Translations under genes and position numbers: made by a program
Notes under the pieces: model-generated
What the model saw: the letters and a program-made list of their open reading frames with translations, nothing else
What the model was told of the DNA's origin: nothing
Database searches by the model: none
Shown: positions 9,924-20,564 of the stretch, one piece after another
Numbering within the stretch: position 1 is the first letter of the stretch
Layout: each line of letters opens with the position of its first letter
Assembly: GCA_044344255.1 (NCBI GenBank)
Contig: JBIJDH010000030.1
Coordinates: forward strand, 1 to 63,991
DNA: 63,991 nt
Origin: Myxococcota bacterium
Lineage (GTDB): Bacteria > Myxococcota_A > UBA796 > UBA2385
Reading direction: 5' to 3'

Positions 9924-11076
9924 AAGGGGGGCAACTGAAGCGGGGTCGGCTGAAGCAGGGTCGGCGGTCGCGGCGGGGGGCGGGCCTCCCTCGCGCCCGT
10001 CGGAGAGCTACTCGGCGCGGGCCTGGCGGAAGCTCCGGGGCCACCCCTCCGGGATGACCGGCCTCGTGGTGGTGATCCTGCTCGCGTTGTTGGCGATGTT
10101 CGCCCCGTTGCTGGCGAACGATCGCCCGATCATCGCCGAATACAAGGATGAGCTCGTCTTTCCGGCCTTCACCACCTATGTGGACGCCTGGGTGCCCTGG
10201 CAGAGCCTCCGCTACGATTTGAAGAGCCTCGAGGTGGGTGCGGGCTACTTCCCCTTCGGAGACTACTACGCCTCCCTCGAGGACAAGACCTGGAAGGACG
10301 TGCGGGAGAGCCCCGAGATGTCCTTCTCGGTCTGGCCCTTGGTCGAGTGGAGCCCTACCCAATTTGACCGCGACGCGCTGAAGCTCCCGCCCGACCTCAA
10401 CGGCCCCCACCTCTTGGGCACCGACGACCAGGGGCGCGACGTGCTCGCCCGCCTGCTGCACGGCAGCGTCGTCGCCATGCTGGTGGGCCTCGTCGCGCAG
10501 GGCATCGCCACCTCGATCGGGGCCTCGCTCGGCATCCTCGCCGGCTTCAAGGGCGGGGTGATTGACCTCGTCCTCTCGCGAATCTGCGAGATCGTGATGT
10601 GCTTCCCCACCTTCTTCCTCATCATCGCTGTGACCGCCTTCCTCGAGCCCTCGATCATCAACATCATGGTCGCGTTGGGGCTCGTCGGCTGGACCAACGT
10701 CTTCCGCCTCGTGCGCGGCGAGGTGTTGAAGACCCGCGGACTCGAGTATGTGACGGCGGCCCGCGCCCTCGGGATGGGCTCCTGGCGCATCATGACGCGC
10801 CACGTCCTGCCCAATTCGGTGGCGCCGGTCTTCGTGGCCGTGCCCTTCGGTATCGCCGCCGCCGTGCTCACCGAGACCTCGCTCTCCTTCCTCGGCTTCG
10901 GAGATCCGAACGTCCCCTCCTGGGGTGAGATCGTGCAGCAAGGCCGTAACTACGTCTCCCAGGGCCTCTGGCACCTGACGCTGTTCCCCGGTCTGTGCAT
11001 CTTCGTCACGCTGACCGGCTTCAACCTGCTCGGGCAGGGCCTCCGTGACGCCCTCGATCCGCGACTCCGCACCTGA
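9913..11076 (+). CDS. OppC/DppC-type ABC permease
   Basis: HLLGTDDQGRDVLARL, EYVTAARALG, RHVLPN, LSFLGFG, SWG, GLRDALDP. Confidence 0.95.
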   Translation: MTTERGATEAGSAEAGSAVAAGGGPPSRPSESYSARAWRKLRGHPSGMTGLVVVILLALLAMFAPLLANDRPIIAEYKDELVFPAFTTYVDAWVPWQSLRYDLKSLEVGAGYFPFGDYYASLEDKTWKDVRESPEMSFSVWPLVEWSPTQFDRDALKLPPDLNGPHLLGTDDQGRDVLARLLHGSVVAMLVGLVAQGIATSIGASLGILAGFKGGVIDLVLSRICEIVMCFPTFFLIIAVTAFLEPSIINIMVALGLVGWTNVFRLVRGEVLKTRGLEYVTAARALGMGSWRIMTRHVLPNSVAPVFVAVPFGIAAAVLTETSLSFLGFGDPNVPSWGEIVQQGRNYVSQGLWHLTLFPGLCIFVTLTGFNLLGQGLRDALDPRLRT

Positions 11077-11142
11077 GTCCGCACCCTGAGTCCACAGCCT
11101 GAGTCCACAGCCTGAGTCCACAGCCTGAGTCCACATCCTGAG
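11072..11142 (+). repeat. 13-bp tandem repeat (cctgagtccacag) x ~5.5
   Basis: Units start at 11072, 11085, 11098, 11111, 11124, with a partial unit at 11137. No spacers. Confidence 0.95.
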
Positions 11143-11150
11143 AGAACACC

Positions 11151-13091
11151 ATGGGACAGCGCTCCGTCGTGGGTATCGCCCTCACCCTCGGGGGCCTGAC
11201 ATCCGGGAGCGCCCTCGCCGGACCCCGCACCGCCCTCGTCGGCCTCGAGTCTGCCCGCGGTGAGGCGGCCCTGCGTGCCGGGACCGCCGGGCTCGGGGGC
11301 ACTGTCCGCTACTGCTTCTCCGGGGCGCGGCTCTGCGCGGTCGACTTCCCCGGGGCCCCGCCGCTCCAAGCCCTCCAGCGGCTCCCCGGGCTCCGCTACG
11401 CGGTGCTCGATGAGGCCCTCCCCGCCCAGCAGGCCGCTTGGCCGGACGGCGCGGGCACGGCCGACTGCAGCGACCTCTGGGAGCTCGATCTGATGGACGC
11501 CGAGGGCATCTGGGCCCTGGCCGACGGAGCCAGTGGCCTTCCGGTGGCCATCGCCGACTCCGGCTTTCTGCTCACCCACGAGGACCTCGTCGGCACCGCG
11601 GACTACACCTGGGACTATGGCGACGGTGACAGCGGTGTCGAGGTGGTCTACGGCGTGTCGGTGCCCGGGCACGGCACCTTCATCGCCGATCTCGTGGGTG
11701 GCGACGGTGACAACGGGGTCGGGCGGGCCGGACTCGCGCCAGGGGGGGGGATCGCCTACCTCAAGATCGCCGACCACTTCAGCGCCCTCTACTATTCGTA
11801 CGCGATCGAGGCGCTGGCCGACGTCGCCTCCGGAGACGCCGGGGGCGCGCGGATCCTGTCCTACTCCCTGGCCGGTAATTCGAGCTACGGCCCCTTCTCC
11901 GACGCCGTCACCGCCCTCGGAGACGCCGGGGTGCTGCTGGTCGCCGCCGCCGCCAACTGTACGAGCGCGCACTGCAGCGACGCCGACAACGATCGGTATC
12001 CCCAGTACCCCGCCAGCTATGAGGGTGACTTCATCCTCAGCGTGGCGGGGACGCTCGAGGATGACACCCTCAACCCCTACTCCCACTACGGCGAGGAGAG
12101 CGTCGATCTCGCCGCCCCCGGCGATGACCTCTGCAGCGCCGGCATCGACTCGAGCGGCGACTATGAGGTCGCGAGCGGCACGAGCTACGCCACCCCGCTG
12201 GTCGCCGCCGCGGCCTCGCTCGTCTGGGAGCTCCACCCCGACCTTGAGGCCGAGGAGGTGGCGAACCTCATCCGCTGGACGGTCGAGCCCAGCGTCGACC
12301 TCGTCGGTAAGGTGGCGACCGGCGGCCGCCTCAATCCCCTGGACGCGCTCCAGGCGCCGCTCCCGGGCTTGAGCGTGCCCGCCGAGGTGGTGGCGCTCGA
12401 CCCCGAGGGCGCGCTCGTCGTCGAGGTGTCGAACCGCGCCGCCGCCGCGGACGCCACCCTCGTGCTCGTCCACGATCCGGCCCTGCGGGTCACCCACGCC
12501 ACGGGCTGGACGATCAGCCGGGTCGAGCCCGGGGAGACGCTCCACGCGGGGGGGGCCTCGACCACCCTCGGCGGCGTCGCGGCCACCCTCATCACCGGGA
12601 CGCTCGGGGCCCACCAGACCCAGCTCCCCGAGCTCACGGTTGAGGCCGCGGAGACCGGCAGCAGCACCGGCACCCTTCGGCTGCTGCTCGAAGGGGCGAG
12701 CGGCGTGACCCTCGGGGCTCCGCTGGATGGGAGCGTCGATGTGACCGGAGAGCCCGCCCTCGGCGTCGTCTTCGAGGCGAGCTCGGCGGTGGACCCCGGC
12801 GGCGACTCCGGCACCGACGGCGCCGATGGCACGGATGGCGCCGATGGGAGCGACGGTGCCGACGGTGCCGACGGTGCCGACGGCGCGGACGGGAGCGCCG
12901 ACAGCGGCGAGCCCACGGGGGACGGCGGCGGGGACGGCGCGGGTGACGGCGCCGCTGGAGCGGGCGCAGGCGGCAAGGGCTGCGGCTGCAGCGCGCTCGC
13001 CGAGGGTGCCACCGCGAGGGGCGGCGCGCTGCTCATCGCGGGGGTGGGTCTCCTGCTGCTCCGCCGTCGGCCCGCCGGCCTCAGGCGCTGA
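11151..13091 (+). CDS. S8 subtilisin-family serine peptidase with MYXO-CTERM-like tail
   Basis: Signal peptide, triad motifs IADSG / GHGT / SGTSYATP, DLAAPG, DG(A/T) linker, GCGC + TM + RRR. Confidence 0.9.
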   Translation: MGQRSVVGIALTLGGLTSGSALAGPRTALVGLESARGEAALRAGTAGLGGTVRYCFSGARLCAVDFPGAPPLQALQRLPGLRYAVLDEALPAQQAAWPDGAGTADCSDLWELDLMDAEGIWALADGASGLPVAIADSGFLLTHEDLVGTADYTWDYGDGDSGVEVVYGVSVPGHGTFIADLVGGDGDNGVGRAGLAPGGGIAYLKIADHFSALYYSYAIEALADVASGDAGGARILSYSLAGNSSYGPFSDAVTALGDAGVLLVAAAANCTSAHCSDADNDRYPQYPASYEGDFILSVAGTLEDDTLNPYSHYGEESVDLAAPGDDLCSAGIDSSGDYEVASGTSYATPLVAAAASLVWELHPDLEAEEVANLIRWTVEPSVDLVGKVATGGRLNPLDALQAPLPGLSVPAEVVALDPEGALVVEVSNRAAAADATLVLVHDPALRVTHATGWTISRVEPGETLHAGGASTTLGGVAATLITGTLGAHQTQLPELTVEAAETGSSTGTLRLLLEGASGVTLGAPLDGSVDVTGEPALGVVFEASSAVDPGGDSGTDGADGTDGADGSDGADGADGADGADGSADSGEPTGDGGGDGAGDGAAGAGAGGKGCGCSALAEGATARGGALLIAGVGLLLLRRRPAGLRR

Positions 13092-14112
13092 GCGGCACCG
13101 GCGGGACCTCGGCCCCGCCTCGGAGCAGGCTGTGGGCGGCCCTGCGGAGGCGCTCCGGCCGCCCGAGGCCCCGGCCCTCTGGGGGGAAGCTGTACTCCAG
13201 GCGGGCCTCGGAGGCGCGCAGGAAGAGCTCGCGGATGCGGGTCTGGTGCCCGAGCTGCTCGGCGAGCTCGTTGGCGGCGGCGATCTGGCGGCCTTGCCCC
13301 TGGCGGAAGACCTGGCGGGCGGTGAAGCCGAGGGCGGCGAAGTCGTCCTCGAGCTCCGCGAGGCCGTCGATCTGCAGCATGAACATACGCAATTGCCAAG
13401 CCCAAAGGTCGATGAGCTCGTCGGGGCGCATGCTGCGGAGGAAGGTGGGCAGGTAGTGGACCCCGAGGGCGACGTGCCGCGCCTCGTCGCGCTCGTAGTA
13501 CGCGAGCAGGTCGCAGAGCACCGGCTCGACCCGCGCCTCGCGCAGCAGGTGGAAGAGGGTGAGCGCCAGGGGCTCGATCATGAGCTGCATGCCCATGAGC
13601 TTCTTCGCGAGGTTCGAGGCTCGGCCGACCCCTTGGAGCAGGGCCTCGGCCTTGTGGGGGAGCCGCTCGGGGCTGTAGCCGAGCTGACCGAGGTAGTCGT
13701 GCATCACATAGAAGTGACGGGCCTCGTCGTGGGTCTGCCCGGTGGCGGCCATCCGCGCCTCCAGGGGCTCGAGGTGGGCGGCGAGCTCAGCGGAGATCCG
13801 CCACGCGGCGAGCTCCCCCCAGAAGATCGTCGCCAGCACGCGCTTGAGCGGGGCCAGGCGGTCGGGCGGGAGGCGCACGCCACCGTGCTTCTGGAGGAGC
13901 TCAGCCAGCACGGCCTTGCCGTCCCAGATCCGGTCCTGGCCCTTGTGGTAGACCCCCTCCAGGATGTGCGCCGAGTGGAGCTCGCGGGCGCCGCGCTCCA
14001 GATCGAACATGTCGTAGGGGATCCGACCGGGATCCTGGGTGAGGTGCCCGGGGCGGCCCGGGAGATGGGGGCGATTGTGGAGGGCGCCGCGGAGGGTAGC
14101 CTGAAGGGACAT
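13081..14112 (-). CDS. Ferritin-like di-iron protein
   Basis: WGE..HDEARH..IE..RDEARH gives two E/ExxH ligand sets. ATG14112 follows GGAG. Confidence 0.8.
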   Translation of the reverse strand: MSLQATLRGALHNRPHLPGRPGHLTQDPGRIPYDMFDLERGARELHSAHILEGVYHKGQDRIWDGKAVLAELLQKHGGVRLPPDRLAPLKRVLATIFWGELAAWRISAELAAHLEPLEARMAATGQTHDEARHFYVMHDYLGQLGYSPERLPHKAEALLQGVGRASNLAKKLMGMQLMIEPLALTLFHLLREARVEPVLCDLLAYYERDEARHVALGVHYLPTFLRSMRPDELIDLWAWQLRMFMLQIDGLAELEDDFAALGFTARQVFRQGQGRQIAAANELAEQLGHQTRIRELFLRASEARLEYSFPPEGRGLGRPERLRRAAHSLLRGGAEVPPVPLSA

Positions 14113-14232
14113 CGCTGCTCCCGGGCTGAGGTCTCTCCCCTCTATCCCCCCTGGAGCGGCCCCGCGGACCCTCGCCCGCTCTCGGGGCTGGTTAGGCGCT
14201 GGGCGGCCCGATGGGGCGATGAGGAGGCGGTG

Positions 14233-15525
14233 ATGCAGGGCTTGGAGTGGGTCCCGAGGAGGGCCGAGGGGCCCACCGTCGCGCATCGGGTCGCGCGGCC
14301 GGAGCACATCACGATCCTCCCCGGCGGCACCCGCGGCGATCGGGCGCTGCTTGAGCGCTTCCTCGGCAGCCTCGTCGAGAACACACAGCGGTACGATCTC
14401 ATCGACGTCTGGTTCTCGATTGACCGCGGAGATGAGGCGGCCATGGCCGTGCTCGAGGAGCTCCGCGGACGAGTGCCCTTCGGCCTGTCCTGGGTCGAGG
14501 TGAACCCCAGCCTCTCGAACGGCGCCTTCTTGAACGAGGCCTGGGCGGCCTGCACCACCCGCCCGGGGATCTGGGGCTTCATCTCGGACAAGGTGGAGGT
14601 CCGCACCCGCGGCTGGGACGAGCTCGTGCGGCGGGCCTTCCGCGCCACCCCCGACGGCGTGCTGTTCGCCCACGGCCACGACGGGCACGTTGACTTTGGC
14701 GCCTTTGGCTTCCTCGGCGCGACCTGGGTGAACACCCTCGGCCGGCTGTTCACCGACTACTTCCCCTACTGGTTCGATGACGTCTGGATCAACGAGGTCG
14801 CCAACCTCATCGGCAGGCGGGTGGTGCTGCCCATCCACTTCAAGATGGAGGTCGGCTTCGCGCGCCACCTGCACAACGCCCTCTTCTGGGCGAATTTCAG
14901 CGCCGCCCTGTTTGGTGAGCGGGTGGACGAGGCGCTGCGGCTGCTGGCGGTGATCGGCCCCTCCGCGGCCTCGCGCGTCGAGGCGATCCGCGCGGTCGCC
15001 GCCAAGGGGGGCTCGCTGGGCCGGATGCCGTCCGAGCCGTGGGTGTCGTCGGAGCGACAGCGCTCCTTGCGGCTGCGTGGGCCGAACCCGCGGCCGGCGG
15101 CGGGGGAGCGGGTGCTCCGCGCCGAGGGGCTGGCGCTCGAGCACCTCTCCCGCATGCTCGCCGTGGCCACCTGGGAAGGGGCCGCCGGGCGGGTTGAAGA
15201 GCTCGAGCGCTGTGTCGGCTTCAACACCGCCTTCGCCGACCACCTCTACGCCACCGGCGAGTCAGCCCGCCTCCGGGAAGATCGGCCGCTGGCCGTGCGC
15301 TGTGTCAACGAGCTCATCGCCCGCTTCCCGAATTTCCCCGAGACCTGGTGGCTGTCGATCGACCTCGCCCTCCAGCTCGGGGACGTCGCCGGGGCGCGCC
15401 ACGCAGGCGCGTTGAGCGCCTCTGTCCTCCCCCTGGAGCCGGGCCTGGTCGAACGGAGGCGTCGCCTCGCCGAAGAGGAGGCCGTCGCCGGGAAGGTGTT
15501 CGGCACCTCGGCGAAACAGGGGTAG
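14233..15525 (+). CDS. GT-A/GT2-like glycosyltransferase-fold protein with C-terminal TPR-like helices
   Basis: GAGGAGG RBS; TRG..LERFLGSL, IDRGD, SDKVEVRTRGWD, YWFDDVW resemble the GT-A fold. Helical C-terminus. Confidence 0.55.
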   Translation: MQGLEWVPRRAEGPTVAHRVARPEHITILPGGTRGDRALLERFLGSLVENTQRYDLIDVWFSIDRGDEAAMAVLEELRGRVPFGLSWVEVNPSLSNGAFLNEAWAACTTRPGIWGFISDKVEVRTRGWDELVRRAFRATPDGVLFAHGHDGHVDFGAFGFLGATWVNTLGRLFTDYFPYWFDDVWINEVANLIGRRVVLPIHFKMEVGFARHLHNALFWANFSAALFGERVDEALRLLAVIGPSAASRVEAIRAVAAKGGSLGRMPSEPWVSSERQRSLRLRGPNPRPAAGERVLRAEGLALEHLSRMLAVATWEGAAGRVEELERCVGFNTAFADHLYATGESARLREDRPLAVRCVNELIARFPNFPETWWLSIDLALQLGDVAGARHAGALSASVLPLEPGLVERRRRLAEEEAVAGKVFGTSAKQG

Positions 15526-15534
15526 CTTCGGCCC

Positions 15535-17070
15535 ATGCGCGTCCTCCTCGTCCAGCCCCCCCGTTGTTACTGGCCCTACACGAGCGAGGGGGACAATTTC
15601 CTGCTCCAGCAGGCCCTCCCCGCCCTGGCCGGGGCCCTCCGCGTCGAGGCGGGCATCGAGGTGCTCGTCATCGACTGCATGCCGCTCCACATCGGCTGGC
15701 GGAGCCTCGCCGACGAGATCCGCAGGCTCGATCCGGACGTCATCGGCTGCGGCGAGAATCACGCCCTCTACGCCGCCGAGGCGCTGCGCTTCTTCCGGCT
15801 GTGTAAGGAGATGGCCCCGCGGGCGGTCACCGTCGCCGGCGGCGGCCACTTCACGAACCTCGCCCACCGCTACGTGAGCGCCGAGAGCCCGATCGACGTC
15901 ATCTGTATCGGGGAGGGTGAGGTCACCATCCTTGAGCTCTGCCGGGAGCTCGCCCGCTCGCAGCCCGACCTCTCGCGGGTCGACGGCGTGGCCTTCTGGG
16001 ACGGCGAGAAGGTGGTGCGCACCGCGCCCCGCAAGCTCATCCACGACCTCGACACCATCCCGATGCCCGCCTACGACCTCATGCCGATGGAGCTCTACGG
16101 CAAGTCGCGCTATCTGTTTAGCCCCGGCGGGACGACCATCCACCACAGTCGGGGCTGCGTGAGCTCGTGCAGCTTCTGCGCCTGGTGGACGACGATGGCC
16201 GATCGCACCTACGACAGCGACGGCAACACCCAGCTCCGCCCGCGGTGGCGCAGCAAGAGCGTCGGGCGGGTGATGGAGGAGATGGAGCTCCTCTACTGGA
16301 AGTACGGAAAGCGAGGCTACGTCTGGGTGGACGAGAGCTGGAACATCGACCCTCGCTTCAACGACGCCTTCGCCGAGGAGGTGCTCCGCAGCGGCATGAA
16401 GACCAAGTGGTTCGCCTTCATGCGCGCTGACTGTATCGTCCGCGACGAGAAGAAGGGCATCCTCGAGAAGCTGGTGCGGGCGGGCCTCTCCCACATCCTC
16501 ATCGGCGTGGAGCGAGCCGAGGACGACAGCCTCAGCCTCCTCGACAAGCGCTTCTACGGCGGCGGCGTCGCGCGGCAGGCCCTCGAGATCTTTCGCACGA
16601 AGTACCCGGACGTCTTCCTCCAGGCGACGTTTATCGTCGGCGTGAAGGAGGAGAATGAGCAGAGCCTGCAAAAGCAGCTCGCGATGGCCCGCGAGATCGA
16701 CGTCGACTTCCCGGCCTTCCACCCGATCACGCCGGTGCCCGGCACCCCGATCTACGACGAGGCGATCCGCGAGGGCTGGATCACCGAGGCCGACTTCGAC
16801 GACTTTGACTGGCTCACCCCCGTGCTCGACAGTCAGTACATGACCCGCGACGAGATCGCGGAGGCCCTGTACCGGATGAACAAAGAGCTGGTCAACACCC
16901 GCTGGATGTTGAAGGGGCTCCTCTCTCGCGTGCCCTACAAGCGCGACATGTACATCTGGTTCGCCAAGGTGAGCGCGGCGATGGCGGTCGACGCCATGAA
17001 GCGGCGCGTGAGCCCGCTCAACGTCGAGCACTACCAGCAGCTCGTCAAGCCCGAGTGGTACGACCGCTAG
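15535..17070 (+). CDS. Cobalamin-binding radical SAM enzyme
   Basis: N-terminal B12-binding domain (MRVLLVQPP, GGGHFT, IGEGEVT), SRGCVSSCSFC CxxxCxxC, GVE, TPVPGTPIY. Confidence 0.92.
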   Translation: MRVLLVQPPRCYWPYTSEGDNFLLQQALPALAGALRVEAGIEVLVIDCMPLHIGWRSLADEIRRLDPDVIGCGENHALYAAEALRFFRLCKEMAPRAVTVAGGGHFTNLAHRYVSAESPIDVICIGEGEVTILELCRELARSQPDLSRVDGVAFWDGEKVVRTAPRKLIHDLDTIPMPAYDLMPMELYGKSRYLFSPGGTTIHHSRGCVSSCSFCAWWTTMADRTYDSDGNTQLRPRWRSKSVGRVMEEMELLYWKYGKRGYVWVDESWNIDPRFNDAFAEEVLRSGMKTKWFAFMRADCIVRDEKKGILEKLVRAGLSHILIGVERAEDDSLSLLDKRFYGGGVARQALEIFRTKYPDVFLQATFIVGVKEENEQSLQKQLAMAREIDVDFPAFHPITPVPGTPIYDEAIREGWITEADFDDFDWLTPVLDSQYMTRDEIAEALYRMNKELVNTRWMLKGLLSRVPYKRDMYIWFAKVSAAMAVDAMKRRVSPLNVEHYQQLVKPEWYDR

Positions 17071-17100
17071 GCCCGCGGGTGCGGGCGCCTCTCCCCGCGC

Positions 17101-17904
17101 TCAGCGACGCGGCTGCGGCGGGCGGTACTGGTGGCGGCCCTTCTCCACCACCTGCTGCTGCTCCTTCTGCTGTTGCGTCATCATCGCCTCGGGGAAGAAC
17201 TGGTACCAGCCAGGGGCGAAGTCGGTCACCTTGACCGGGCGCTTGTTTCGCACGGCCTCGGCGAGGTCTTTCAGGGGCTTGCTCTGCCCGTTCAGCGTGA
17301 GGCCGGTGGCCACCGCCTGCAGGGCCACCTCGGTCTTGCCGTTCTCGACCGCCATCCAGGTGTAGAGGGCCCAGAAGAGGGGCTCGCGCCCGCCGGCCGC
17401 CTCGGTCTTCTTCATGCGGGCGAGGGCGGCGTCGGCCTTCTTCTCTCGGTGGTCGATGCAGGCGAGCAGGGCCTGGCTCTGCCAGTTGCGGCTCCAGGCC
17501 TTCTCGAGGTTCTGGCGAGCGGGCGCCCACTTCTGCTCCATGTAGTCGAGCGAGCCGAGCTGGGCGTAGATCTGCTCGTTGACGAGGAACTGCCACTTGC
17601 CGAGGGCGAAGCCGCTGCGCATGATCTCGCGCACCCGGGCGAGCTTGGTGTCGCGCAGCGCGACGAGCTTCTGGTACTCACCCGGGGTCGTGGGCTGGGC
17701 GACCGTGTTGAGCGCCTCCATCTCGGCCATCGCGCCCATCATGATGGCCTCGAGCTGCTTGCCCGTGCGCCGCATCAAGAGGAAGTAGGCCACCCCGATG
17801 GCGATCAATGAGGGGATGATACCCGCGTACCAGGCGCCGCCGACCAGCCAGCCGAGCAGCAGGAAGACGAGGCCCAAACCGATGGAGATGCCGAGGTTGT
17901 ACAT
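17101..17904 (-). CDS. Membrane-anchored TPR-like protein
   Basis: Two N-terminal TM helices followed by TPR-like helical repeats (QIYAQLGSLDY..ARQNLEKA). Confidence 0.7.
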   Translation of the reverse strand: MYNLGISIGLGLVFLLLGWLVGGAWYAGIIPSLIAIGVAYFLLMRRTGKQLEAIMMGAMAEMEALNTVAQPTTPGEYQKLVALRDTKLARVREIMRSGFALGKWQFLVNEQIYAQLGSLDYMEQKWAPARQNLEKAWSRNWQSQALLACIDHREKKADAALARMKKTEAAGGREPLFWALYTWMAVENGKTEVALQAVATGLTLNGQSKPLKDLAEAVRNKRPVKVTDFAPGWYQFFPEAMMTQQQKEQQQVVEKGRHQYRPPQPRR

Positions 17905-17962
17905 GGGGCGGGGGGCTAACCGGAGGCCGCCGCCTTGGCCAAAGCGATGGCCTCGGCGGCCC

Positions 17963-18505
17963 CTACTCGAGGGCGGCCGCGCGGAGCTGGCCGTCCGGAA
18001 TGCTCACGGTGCCGCTGCGCTCCTCCCAGGTCCAGCTGTCTTCGTAGCTGTAGACGCCGTTCAGCTCATCGCCGGACCAGACGAGCTCGCCCGTCCACGT
18101 GAAGTCGTGCTGACCGCCGATCGCGCTCGTGTAGATTCCGGAGAAGTCGAGAGAGAAGGCGTTGCAGCTCCCGTCTCCTTCGGTGTAGGTGGCCTCGTAG
18201 GGCTGGTCGTTCACCCGCAGGGTGAAGCTCGATCGGTTCGGCACATAGGTGAGCTCCCAGGCGGACTCTCCGTTGGCGAAGATCGAGGCCAGCAGCTCGT
18301 TGCGGGCTTGGGGCTCGTCGTCTTGGAAGCCGGTGACCAGGGCCTGTTCATGGCCGGCGTTCTCGGTCACCGACCAGCGGCCGTCGAGGCGGGAGGGATC
18401 CTTGCAGTCGGGATCGCAACCGAGTGCGAGGGGAGCGACGACGAGGCCGAGCAGGCCCCAGCGGCGGCGGGCGCCGGGGCTCGTGATGAGGTGGGCTGCG
18501 GACAA
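17963..18505 (-). CDS. Hypothetical lipoprotein
   Basis: RRRWGLLGLVVAPLALG-C lipobox, beta-rich mature domain. Start uncertain (TTG18505). Confidence 0.7.
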   Translation of the reverse strand: MSAAHLITSPGARRRWGLLGLVVAPLALGCDPDCKDPSRLDGRWSVTENAGHEQALVTGFQDDEPQARNELLASIFANGESAWELTYVPNRSSFTLRVNDQPYEATYTEGDGSCNAFSLDFSGIYTSAIGGQHDFTWTGELVWSGDELNGVYSYEDSWTWEERSGTVSIPDGQLRAAALE

Positions 18506-18640
18506 TGGGGCTCCCTTCTGGCGAGGCGCAGCATAGCACCCGGGCTCCCGTGGGTGTCGGGCCCGGTGGGCGGCCAGAGGGTGGCTCGCGGCGGTTGACA
18601 TCGGCAGCCGACCTGCCTACAAACCGCCGCGAGGTGCTCC

Positions 18641-19285
18641 TTGGCCATCGATCTCCGCTGTTTCACCTACGTCGACATCCTCCAGGCGCAGACGGCGGGC
18701 TTCCTCGCCACGGTCAGCCAGGGCTACGCTCCCCTCGAGGGGCAGGCCTCGCTCTTCGTGGAGGTGGCGCCGGGGATGGACATCAACCTCGTGACCGACA
18801 TCGCCCTGAAGCAGACCTCCTGCACCCCCGGGATGCAGATCGTCGAGCGGCAATTCGGCTGCCTGGAGCTCCATCATTATGACCAGGGCCAGGTACGGGC
18901 CGCCGGTGAGGCGATCCTCGCCGCCCTGTCCTTGAAGGAGCTCGACCGGCTCAAGCCTCGCGTCGTCAGCGCCCAGACCATCACCGGGGTGACGGGCTAC
19001 CACGCCCAGATCACCAACCGGATGCGGCACGGGAACTTCCTGAACGAGGGCAAGACGCTCTACGTGCTCGAGACCCATCCCGCCGGCTACGCCCTCATCG
19101 CGGCCAACGAGGCCGAGAAGGCAGCCAAGATCGACATCCTCGAGGTGCTGAGCTTCGGCGCCTTCGGCCGCGTCTACCTCGGCGGCGGCGAGGAGGAGAT
19201 CGCAGAGGCGGCGAAGGCCGCGATCTCGGTGCTCGAGTCGATCGGCGGGCGCGACAACCCGGGCTCGGGCGCGGTCTTCTACTGA
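18641..19285 (+). CDS. Bacterial microcompartment tandem-domain shell protein (BMC-T, CcmP/CsoS1D-like)
   Basis: LQAQ..F, VEVAPG..IN..TDIALK, QIVERQFG.LELH..DQGQVRAAG, NRMRHG, LETHPAGYA..AANEAEKAA, FGAFGRVYLGG. From recall, it closely resembles Haliangium ochraceum BMC-T3. Confidence 0.92.
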   Translation: MAIDLRCFTYVDILQAQTAGFLATVSQGYAPLEGQASLFVEVAPGMDINLVTDIALKQTSCTPGMQIVERQFGCLELHHYDQGQVRAAGEAILAALSLKELDRLKPRVVSAQTITGVTGYHAQITNRMRHGNFLNEGKTLYVLETHPAGYALIAANEAEKAAKIDILEVLSFGAFGRVYLGGGEEEIAEAAKAAISVLESIGGRDNPGSGAVFY

Positions 19286-19325
19286 GCACGGCTGAGCCCG
19301 CTCCCGAGTCTCTCCAGCGCTCCTC

Positions 19326-20553
<1,228 letters not shown>

Positions 20554-20564
<11 letters not shown>

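Noticed and set aside
11072..11142. Possible CRISPR array
   Set aside because: 13-bp units are contiguous without unique spacers, and no cas genes are present; it is a simple VNTR.
15535..17070. Naming the radical SAM enzyme bchE, hpnP or hpnR
   Set aside because: Only family-level motifs are visible, and there are no photosynthesis or hopanoid genes nearby.
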